From an uncultured Candidatus Poseidoniales archaeon (lineage in GTDB: Archaea; Thermoplasmatota; Poseidoniia; Poseidoniales; Thalassarchaeaceae): DNA of 64,000 nt. The position numbers and the translations under genes are program-made. Positions 36,901 through 43,816 of this stretch are shown here, piece by piece. The stretch is from assembly GCA_964563355.1 (NCBI GenBank), contig CAZLVU010000002.1, positions 3,805 to 67,804 of the forward strand, read 5' to 3'. The stretch's first letter is position 1. Every line of letters starts with the position of its first letter. The notes beneath the pieces were generated by a model that saw only the letters and a program-made list of their open reading frames with translations, had not been told where the DNA came from and made no database searches.

Positions 36901-39613
36901 CCACTCTGGCCCTCTGGGTGTCATCGCCCGCGGTCCAAACGTCAATCACGGTTCCATTTGCGGTGTTGATCACTGCTGCGCCCTCAAGAGTTCCGGCATA
37001 GAGTCGGTCGGTGCCGATTACGTCCACTGATATCACGAAACGTGAGGGCATGCCGGAGCCACCGCCACCGCCACCGCCACCGCCCGTGCTCCAGCACTCT
37101 TCCAATGTGAAAGAGGTCGCAGAGTTGGGGTCATTGGGGTCAGGCCAGCTCCACATGCAAGCGCCCCTGTTGGTGCCAGCGTATACGCCATTGTCATCGC
37201 TGGTCAAGTCATAAAACTCGAAAGGATCGTTGTTCCAACCTTGGATTGAGGTTGGCAGTAGCTCCCAACCAGATCCATCCCATCTAGCAAGGCCGCCATT
37301 GCTGTTTGCGCCCGTGTTCTGTACCTCGGAGCCTACAAGGAGGCCCCCGTAGTAGTCGATGAGAATCGTGTTTACATCGGCATCTGGGATGCCATCGGGT
37401 TGGTCCGGGGTCCAGAGGTTGATTATGTCCTTGGTGAACCTGTCGATTACCAATATCCCAAGGCCCGGGAGCCCTAGGTAAATCGTGCCCCCATCAACCG
37501 CTATTGGGGTCGAGTCCAGATTGTCGACTTCCAGGGATTGCCAGGATCCAATGATGGTCGGTCCGCTCAGATCTATTCGCATGACGCCCTGTTCGCCCGT
37601 TGCGATGTATGCTATGCCATACCTCGTTACGATGTCTCGGATTGAGTCTGAATCCAACCCATCCTCAGTGGTGAGGACGTCGGTTACAGAGTTTGAGCTA
37701 GTCGAATAAAGAGAGACTCCTGACTGGAAGTGTCCGATTACCAGCATGCCATTGTTGGCGTCGAAGTCCATGCTGGTGACTTGGTTTGAGTTTAGGCCCT
37801 GAATGGAGCCAAAGAAAGATCCGTCGACGCTACTGAGTCTGTGAACTCCGCTGCCGGTCGTACTGACCCACACCCACCCGTCGTCATCCTGGACAAAACC
37901 AGTGATGGAGCCAGGGCTGGACACTTCATCTGCAAGATCAATGGGGTCCTTCCACAGTGACTGTCGACGATCCATGAAATTGATTTCACTCCCAGAAGCA
38001 ATCCAGAATTCTCCCATTTCTCCATCATCAATTATCGCAACGATTTCTGCATCTTCGATCGAGGGGCTGCTAACGACTACCATGGTTCCATCGGAGCTAT
38101 CCTCGGACATTCTCCCTAGAGTACCGGAGGAGTCGCCAACCAGTGCAGTGGATGTTGCAGGGGACCTAGCCGCTCCCCCTGGCCAAGCAGTGATAGAGGT
38201 TGCAGTGCCAGTTAGGCCGAAGTCAGAAAGTGGCGTCACGGATCGGAAAAGCAAGACATCTGTGTCGTATGCATGCACCTGATCTTCCTCTAAGATGTGT
38301 AACCATCCTGGAGTGGTCGACAGTCCGACCACATTGTCTGATGAAAGCCAGTTGCCTGATGACCATGAACCCAACCAAGAGGTGCTGGAAATGTCAAATC
38401 GATCTATGCCCGAGTCCGAGGTTGCAACGTACAGAATGTCATTTGCGATTGCAATGTCAACTATCGAATCCCCTGATAGGTGGTTGTTTGAATCCCAAAT
38501 TGTGTTGCTATCAATTACAATTTGGTTTGTCGCGCCGTTGGAGGTGGTACTGTAGTTGATGTTGTGGACGCCGTGGCTGTCGGTAGCAACGAAGAGCTGT
38601 CGGTCCACGACGAGCATTTCGGATGGTGTCTCCGTATCCGTGCCGGTGCAGAAGCCCAGAGAATCCCAGTTGGAGCCCTGCGTCGGTAGCAGGTAATGCA
38701 ACGTGCATTCAGTAGCAGCCCATGTGACGCCGTACACGTCAACCACCATCGCAAGTATCGGATCAGAACTGGAAATGTTAACATCATTAGGGATGTCAAT
38801 GGTTGTGGAGTCGGAAAGATGCATTGCCGAGACGTTGCCTTCCACGTCACCAATGAAGAGGGAGTTGCGGCTGAAGTCGACAGCCAGAGACCGAGCAGCG
38901 ACGTTCTGGTTGAGATCTATGATGTGCTTGTTTGCGTTGTCATCCAGATGTAGGAGGTCGTCGTCGACCAGAAGGTAGAGCCTCCCATCGTAGGGGTTGT
39001 ACGCGCTATCGTGAATGTCCACTTCCAGGGGGGTGAGTGAGAGTTTTGGGTCAACTGGCCTGAGCGCCTCAATTACCAAATCGGTAATCTCTATCCCCGT
39101 GGGGAGCTGCCATGACGCATCGCTGATTGAGTTTGGTTTCAAGGAAGCATCCAAGACGCTGTCCACCAGAGTGGGTGAATTATCAGTGAAGTGGTTTTGT
39201 CGTCCAAGATCACCCAATCCCCTCCAATCGAGAATCTCGGTTTGGGTGTTCATCAACGTTAATTGTGGCTGATTAACCCAATATCCATCACTCCCGTTGA
39301 CCGAAATCTCCAGAGATAAGTTGTCAATCACAGCTCCGGGAGCGAACTCCAGCATTAGGTCGCCGTAGGCCAGTGTTTCATTGGCCGGATCCGCTCCTAA
39401 GGCAGTCAGGTCTATCCATCCAGTATCGTTACTTCCGTTAACACCCCAACTCCAAGTGTTGTCGTTCCTTTGCAGAGAGACGTCGTCTGCAGCCCCGAAA
39501 AACACAGTTCCAGAAGCAGTAAATGCACACCAAGGTAGGAGGATCATTAGCAGGGCCAGTAATATGGCGTTCCTCCTGAGGATGCCGTTTTCCGAGTAAT
39601 GCTGCATTGGCAC
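30983..39613 (-). CDS. Giant (2876 aa) type-I membrane surface protein: propeller-like repeats, FN3-like modules, TM helix, acidic cytoplasmic tail
   Basis: The N-terminal signal/anchor is AILLALLMILLPWCAFTASG. Many blade-like repeats occur, e.g. SIRDIVTRYGIAYIATGEQGVMRIDL, VRALACDEANGILYLGF..GIDRF and IVDIAIANDILYVATSDSGIDRFD. Five FN3-like modules occur, e.g. PNDGGGVLQASWIPAQDSAWTAYRVYLW and APNDEGGRIQVTWDPNQEEDCSYHIIYV. The TM helix is at 31355-31426 and a 123-aa D/E-rich tail follows. Confidence 0.9.
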   Translation of the reverse strand: MPMQHYSENGILRRNAILLALLMILLPWCAFTASGTVFFGAADDVSLQRNDNTWSWGVNGSNDTGWIDLTALGADPANETLAYGDLMLEFAPGAVIDNLSLEISVNGSDGYWVNQPQLTLMNTQTEILDWRGLGDLGRQNHFTDNSPTLVDSVLDASLKPNSISDASWQLPTGIEITDLVIEALRPVDPKLSLTPLEVDIHDSAYNPYDGRLYLLVDDDLLHLDDNANKHIIDLNQNVAARSLAVDFSRNSLFIGDVEGNVSAMHLSDSTTIDIPNDVNISSSDPILAMVVDVYGVTWAATECTLHYLLPTQGSNWDSLGFCTGTDTETPSEMLVVDRQLFVATDSHGVHNINYSTTSNGATNQIVIDSNTIWDSNNHLSGDSIVDIAIANDILYVATSDSGIDRFDISSTSWLGSWSSGNWLSSDNVVGLSTTPGWLHILEEDQVHAYDTDVLLFRSVTPLSDFGLTGTATSITAWPGGAARSPATSTALVGDSSGTLGRMSEDSSDGTMVVVSSPSIEDAEIVAIIDDGEMGEFWIASGSEINFMDRRQSLWKDPIDLADEVSSPGSITGFVQDDDGWVWVSTTGSGVHRLSSVDGSFFGSIQGLNSNQVTSMDFDANNGMLVIGHFQSGVSLYSTSSNSVTDVLTTEDGLDSDSIRDIVTRYGIAYIATGEQGVMRIDLSGPTIIGSWQSLEVDNLDSTPIAVDGGTIYLGLPGLGILVIDRFTKDIINLWTPDQPDGIPDADVNTILIDYYGGLLVGSEVQNTGANSNGGLARWDGSGWELLPTSIQGWNNDPFEFYDLTSDDNGVYAGTNRGACMWSWPDPNDPNSATSFTLEECWSTGGGGGGGGGSGMPSRFVISVDVIGTDRLYAGTLEGAAVINTANGTVIDVWTAGDDTQRARVVKIDDIIYLGFENVGVARYNLTSREWLSAWDGTQGIVGDDDVTTLIHGIDEGTIWAGGDAGLTLIDVVNESVLIEWSRGSNQNGPTLPTYAPGEILIVGNVMYYSPQRGNSWNSRDEVHRINLANNSSLQTIDAGARLGYEGVIHGMNQIGSEVWIGVRESSGWGGGGDEGTIVRWNTTSNDWMDNLETIGDVGRVNARYLGDCFPLNSSCELWVAYGDKILRRFSANNMTLLDQWNDVDGRIRGMVEYQGEYLFASMNGILRWNPDNESWLPSWLPDDGLPADSELDFYSMTVVGDDLWASSGDRNDALVMRLSGNNSNWTTWEVDTTEIPDGYGADIVLCNDIVHVALGFNAWQWWLDGGGVARFDLSDTDGNGISEEWISPLTDNNDGTPSSYLSDNDVRALACDEANGILYLGFDTEDVGIDRFSYNSNDFLGTLTVDRGVSGDRVFPGGMLHDDNLLLVAHYDGSGGVTRVITSGASASNAQVISTGMDACSIVRAPSQTSSRAYAIGRSGDSSGINRVDRLDSTGLIEGGFDALVGLPSGTVSEMISNGTHVWVAVGSSANSYLGSTILQGELLDNGSVNWQYGFDAIYESINEIALLEGEIWLSTVGGGLWSVDLSQRTFQPTPTPLHNQMDGLLIEGNQAFVGLMGIYGSSAGFQTFNTDTRTWGHGSLIAGLPSNTVTDFVEYGDHILVATHGGIGMWNTTKSDWDDPLTTLDGLPTPIIDHLFITPSPVLGNGTVLTGGPNGINVLDSNLSLVGSIGRIDGLIGDAVAGIVFAEAATTQVNDTATGTSITLHHDAALFISHNGQGSTRPGASAWDLATDKANGTYNIDMLPSNDVRAIAADDWGVHIATSAQPLVHWNGMTMTMEAGPVATELQAWPIIDLASDGTHIAAISANQVSIVKTGDDHGVVAIGDLVGAIAGEAEGGLLIALGEDGPHVFHPMETLNEMPRESQRRAEPLTAIFVDRSVDITNTTSPGMSTVLATPENPVFIPLSANQENSSDLLVQPGVLTFTSPQAGAWVWARSTSLNYSGNWDLAAFDSMIENSFQTAIFNTPPGSSSSILHLQLQSPSDGRIKIRLTYDWERLEAPTMITELVDRPNDGGGVLQASWIPAQDSAWTAYRVYLWDSTNDSEWTPTIDDLEYMPSYLRVPYWSQTTALFSTGNSNGSEVQLSHDRQYRAAISIEYGDGTLGEPITWEGNATPTDEVPSPPEWLTVEPVSGGDPGTLTAEWSACRELDPYMTRIWAVQQEISNALALSDPLDFAFAAGNTTVLELEGDVPYWFAVVCVDESGQSNPANATVVGPVVAAGGLNDGIPPSPITGTVASDAPNDEGGRIQVTWDPNQEEDCSYHIIYVLPASGWTAPTTVDGWPIAAYVPDCTTGELVIDSIGNSSLENGIVYWVGVVAVDDWGNLDVDDVLVVETTPYSELDSLQWVPPDLVTGLQAWDHPSDDGTAVDVIWDRSTADDFSHYTVWVSDFPLDDLSVISSTCEQSGNCDLLIIDQRQIGNSPRLEVTVGKALYGNEADSLAPSGIIPLVPLYVTVTVHDITGNVQLMGLGDNIVLVTPLDNTGDLFPPDRIPAPTLEDRSPDSGDGVLVGFSPSKAPDIGEYWIYAVQGSPFDNARDLEPALVLDRSTQTPVLLETVSGGEAIVADIPMWIAIVSVDTSGNAWLDDLSTSMISTVDEDGQDPGLHLPEVSDVIAYWDPSGSHVQIMWDALEDPQVSSYSVFASNTEFTDVRDAMLVASGVTTTNATFDSLGPTPISSSNPYWVVVVASDGDVTRLSVNPAQVRPLTEFSLEDGSPGKGSSGASWYDQLVGGDLNMLIALVSALMILMGAVLIIKPRDRTAPEPWEMGTREVEMEEELAREATGISEDEEIASASGVSQEPADPETLDGPPTTSFSQGQEDLQPQSAPEVSLGDLTETEPQEVELDDLNEMADELGSSNKDEDIDASFIDEALEDDS

Positions 39614-39994
39614 GAAGCGGTTCCCTCTTTGAACGATTTATGAAGAGTATGGGTAGAAGTATGCTATTTGCTCAGTAGAAATAGACATGTTGTGATATCT
39701 AAATTTCGGTGTATTGTGGGCCGATAATCACTCCAGGGCCAATAGGATAGCATCATAGGAGATGGTTAGTCCGGCAGCACCCGAGGTGTTCCTCTGGACA
39801 ACAAGAGCCTGCGCGATGACGCGCTCGACTATCATTCGAAAGACCCGCCGGGGAAAATCACCGTTGTACCTACAAAGCCTCACGGAACTCAGCGAGAGCT
39901 CTCGTTAGCTTACTCTCCGGGCGTAGCATATCCCTGTGAGGCAATAAAGGAAAATCCCGAGGATATCTACAAGTACACCTCAAAGGGTAATCTT

Positions 39995-42082
39995 GTGGCA
40001 GTGATAAGTAATGGAACCGCAGTACTAGGACTGGGTGACATAGGTGCTGCTGCGAGTAAGCCGGTTATGGAAGGCAAAGGCCTGCTGTTCAAGGCATTCG
40101 CAGATATCGACGTCTTTGACATAGAGGTTGACCGGACGGAAGTGGATCAATTCGTTGATGCTGTCAAAGCAATAGCGCCGACGTTCGGCGGAATCAACCT
40201 AGAGGACATCAAGGCTCCAGAGTGTTTTGAGATTGAACGTCGACTAGTTGAGGAACTGGACATCCCGGTGATGCATGACGACCAGCACGGTACCGCGATA
40301 ATTTCCGGGGCGGCCCTATTGAATGGGCTTGAGGTTGTTGAAAAGAAAGTGAGTGAAGTCAAGGTTGTGATTCTCGGGGCTGGTGCCTCTGCCATCTCGT
40401 GTGCGCGGCATTACCTAAGGCTTGGAATTTCTCCTGAAAACCTAATCATGGTTGATTCGAGTGGCATTTTGACTACAAGTCGCAATGAAAACGGGGATCT
40501 CAACGAGTACAAGGCCGGGTTCGCAAGAGATATCGATGAAGGCGGCGTTGCAGAGGCCCTAGAAGGGGCCGATGTTTTCCTTGGACTCTCCAAAGGGGGT
40601 CTGGTAACATCGCAGATGGTCAGCAAGATGGCAGACAGGCCCTTGATTTTCGCATTAGCGAACCCCGACCCAGAGATTACTCCAGAAGAGGTATTGAGTG
40701 TTCGAGATGATGCAATAGTGGCAACTGGGAGATCCGACTACCCGAACCAAATCAACAATGTTCTGGGATTCCCGTATATTTTCAGAGGGGCGCTTGATGT
40801 AAGGGCGACTCAGATTACTGAAGGGATGAAGATGGCAGCGACCCGTGCTTTGGCTCAATTAGCGAAGGAGCCGGTTCCGGATGACGTTCTATCTGCTTAC
40901 GGTGGTGAGCAGATGCAGTTTGGCGCAGAGTACCTAATCCCGAAGCCATTCGATGCCAGGGTGCTGATTTGGGAAGCTAGTGCCGTGGCCGAGACTGCGG
41001 TAAAGGAGGGAGTAGCCAGAATCAGTGAGGGACACTTCGATGTTGGCAGGTACAGAGAGGAGCTGGAGGCGAGGCTTGGATTGACTAGGTCGATAATGCG
41101 GAGAGTAATCAACCAAGCCAGAAGAGATGTGAAGAATATCGTTTTCTGCGAGGGTGAGGACCCGACAATTATCAAGGCTGCAGCGCAGTGCATTTCGGAG
41201 GGAATCTGCAAGCCTATCCTTCTGGGCCAACTGGAAAGGATTCAGGCTGTCAAAGAGGAATTGGGTCTAGATTTCGAATGCGATGCCATCGACGTAAGGT
41301 ATGATCCTCGGAGGAGGGGCGTGTACGCCGATGAGATGCACATACTGAGGGGGCGCAGAGGGCTAACGAGGGAAGATGCGGTTCGTCTCCTCAGGTCCAC
41401 TACCTATTTCGCTCCCATGATGGTCAGAATGGGCGATGCAGATGGATACCTGGGCGGAGTATCCCATCAATATCCCGACATCGTGAAGCCTTGCTTGCAG
41501 GTCATCGGTCCTAGCCCCGAGTCCCACAGGATTGTGGGAATGTACATGATGACTGTGAATGGCCAATTGATGTTCATTGGAGACGCCACGATCAATATCT
41601 ACCCAGATCCGAGGACCTTGGCTGAGATTGCTATTCAGACAGCGAAGGTCGCTAGGAGATTCGGTGTAATGCCTAAAGTCGCGATGCTGTCTTTCTCGAA
41701 CTTCGGAACCTCTGCCGAGTTGCGCACAGATAGAATCGAGGAAGCAATACAGATAGCCAAGGAGATGGAGCCGGACTTGGTAATTGATGGACCTATGCAG
41801 GCAGATACAGCCCTTGTTCCAGAAATACAGGATGACTATCCCTTCATGTCTTTCAGTGGGCCTGCGAACGTACTTGTCTGTCCGAACCTAGCATCGGCAA
41901 ACATTGCCTACAAGCTGCTACAGAGAGTTGCGGGTGCCGAGATGACGGGTCCGATACTAGAGGGACTGACTAAGCCCGCGCACGTGTTGCAGAGGAGGGA
42001 CAGCGTCCGTGACGTTGTGCACATGGCTGCAATTTGCGCTGTTGATGCTCAGCGAGCTTCGACACAGAGGCTAATCGACTGA
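39995..42082 (+). CDS. maeB: NADP-dependent malic enzyme, MaeB type (malic enzyme + phosphate-acetyltransferase-like domain). True start is upstream of this GTG.
   Basis: Matching segments are [36 protein letters not shown] and GAGASAISC, plus a C-terminal PTA-like half. Conserved N-terminal residues ([29 protein letters not shown]) are encoded in-frame at 39794-39994 but have no ATG/GTG/TTG (see findings). Confidence 0.93.
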   Translation: MAVISNGTAVLGLGDIGAAASKPVMEGKGLLFKAFADIDVFDIEVDRTEVDQFVDAVKAIAPTFGGINLEDIKAPECFEIERRLVEELDIPVMHDDQHGTAIISGAALLNGLEVVEKKVSEVKVVILGAGASAISCARHYLRLGISPENLIMVDSSGILTTSRNENGDLNEYKAGFARDIDEGGVAEALEGADVFLGLSKGGLVTSQMVSKMADRPLIFALANPDPEITPEEVLSVRDDAIVATGRSDYPNQINNVLGFPYIFRGALDVRATQITEGMKMAATRALAQLAKEPVPDDVLSAYGGEQMQFGAEYLIPKPFDARVLIWEASAVAETAVKEGVARISEGHFDVGRYREELEARLGLTRSIMRRVINQARRDVKNIVFCEGEDPTIIKAAAQCISEGICKPILLGQLERIQAVKEELGLDFECDAIDVRYDPRRRGVYADEMHILRGRRGLTREDAVRLLRSTTYFAPMMVRMGDADGYLGGVSHQYPDIVKPCLQVIGPSPESHRIVGMYMMTVNGQLMFIGDATINIYPDPRTLAEIAIQTAKVARRFGVMPKVAMLSFSNFGTSAELRTDRIEEAIQIAKEMEPDLVIDGPMQADTALVPEIQDDYPFMSFSGPANVLVCPNLASANIAYKLLQRVAGAEMTGPILEGLTKPAHVLQRRDSVRDVVHMAAICAVDAQRASTQRLID

Positions 42083-43678
42083 AATTGGATTTGGTCCGGC
42101 TTCAAGGACCTCGGTGCTGCACCCAGACGCGAACTTCTCGAAGTTCTCAATGAACATCTGAGATAGCAGGTTTGCAACATTATCGAATTTTTTCGTGTCG
42201 TGCCATGTCTGGCGGGGTTGGAGGATGCTATCTGGAACGCCTTCGCAGGTGGTTGGAATTGAGAATCCGAAGCGCTCGTCCTGAACGAACACGACATCAT
42301 CTAGCATCCCACTCAACGCGGCGTTTAGCAATGCCCTAGTCCACTTGATCTTAATTCGGCTGCTTTCCCCATATCCACCTGCTACCCAACCAGTGTTGAT
42401 TAGCCAGCACTTGGATTCGTGCCTCTTAATCTTCTCAGAAAGAAGGTCGGCGTAGATGCTGGGGTGCCTAGGCATGAATGGGGCACCAAAGCAAGTAGAG
42501 AATGTCGCTTGAGGTTCACTGATACCCACCTCCGTTCCCGCGACCTTGGCGGTGTAACCGGAGATGAAGTGGTATGCGGCCTGCTCTGGCGTTAGCCGGG
42601 CAAGGGGGGGGAGCACTCCAAATGCATCGCATGTTAGGAAGACCACGTCCTTGGGGTGTCCTGCCATGGAGTCGTGGGTCCTGTTCTCGATGAACTCTAT
42701 TGGATATGATCCTCGAGTGTTCTGAGTTAGAGAGCCGTTGTTGAAGTCTGGCGTTCCATCCGCATTCAGAACAATGTTCTCCAATATCGATCCGGGAATT
42801 TTTGTTGTAGCGAATATTGCTGGCTCGTCCTCCTCAGATAGGCCGATGAGTTTCGCGTAGCAGCCACCCTCGAAATTGAAAACGCCATCATCTGACCAAC
42901 CGTGCTCGTCATCTCCAACTAGGGCCCTATCTGGATCTGCCGAAAGCGTAGTCTTGCCGGTTCCTGATAAGCCAAAGAACAGGGCTGAGGCCGTGCCATC
43001 GGTATTTGCGGAGCAGTGCATGGGAAGGAGGCCATCTTTTGGGAGGATGTGGTTCATTATTGTGAAGATCGCCTTCTTAATCTCTCCAGCGTAGTGGGTT
43101 CCACCGATTATTACTAGGCCCCTATCCAGAGCCAAAATTACGAAAACCCCGGAGTTTGTCCCATCCCTCTTGGGAACGGCTCTAAGGTTTGGTGCGTGTA
43201 GGATTGTGAACTCGGGCTCGTGGGAGTCAAGGTCTTTCGGATCCCCTCTTACGAACATATTGTGCATGAATGCGGCATGCCATGCCTTCTCAGTGACCAA
43301 TCTAACGGGCATCCTGTATTTCGGATCGGCTCCGCAGAACGCATCCTTTACGAACAGGTTTGCGCAATGGTTCAGGTGTTTCCTGACCATGCCAAGGAGG
43401 TGCTCGAAAGTTTTTGAATCAGTAGACTTGTTGACGTCCCCCCACCAAACGTCTTCCGCCAAACCGGGCTCGTCGACGATGAATCTGTCATTTGGGGACC
43501 TGCCTGTTCTTTCACCAGTGGTCGCCAGTAGAACACCTTGGGAGGTGAGCCTTGCCTCACCCAGTTCGACTGACCGTGAATGCAATTCCTCCCAGTCGGG
43601 ATTCCAATGAACTTGCCCCCGTGGACTTAGGCCATGGGCAGATAACGGCACAATAGATTCCTGCGAGGAACCACGCAC
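42071..43678 (-). CDS. pckA: Phosphoenolpyruvate carboxykinase (ATP)
   Basis: Matching segments are FFGLSGTGKTTLS, VGDDEHGW, GGCYAK, NTRGSYPIEFI, GVLPPLARL and SGYTAKVAGTE. The stop overlaps the maeB 3' end by 12 nt (convergent). Confidence 0.95.
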   Translation of the reverse strand: MRGSSQESIVPLSAHGLSPRGQVHWNPDWEELHSRSVELGEARLTSQGVLLATTGERTGRSPNDRFIVDEPGLAEDVWWGDVNKSTDSKTFEHLLGMVRKHLNHCANLFVKDAFCGADPKYRMPVRLVTEKAWHAAFMHNMFVRGDPKDLDSHEPEFTILHAPNLRAVPKRDGTNSGVFVILALDRGLVIIGGTHYAGEIKKAIFTIMNHILPKDGLLPMHCSANTDGTASALFFGLSGTGKTTLSADPDRALVGDDEHGWSDDGVFNFEGGCYAKLIGLSEEDEPAIFATTKIPGSILENIVLNADGTPDFNNGSLTQNTRGSYPIEFIENRTHDSMAGHPKDVVFLTCDAFGVLPPLARLTPEQAAYHFISGYTAKVAGTEVGISEPQATFSTCFGAPFMPRHPSIYADLLSEKIKRHESKCWLINTGWVAGGYGESSRIKIKWTRALLNAALSGMLDDVVFVQDERFGFSIPTTCEGVPDSILQPRQTWHDTKKFDNVANLLSQMFIENFEKFASGCSTEVLEAGPNPISVD

Positions 43679-43816
43679 TGGACATCCCCCGACCCGTGGA
43701 GATGGTTTACACCTTCAAGCGTTGCGGCTACGGATAATATCAGAAGGAATCAGACTAGGACTTCCTGAACTCTTGAAGGGGATGTGATTATGCAATGAAG
43801 GCCCGGTTGGCAGCAT

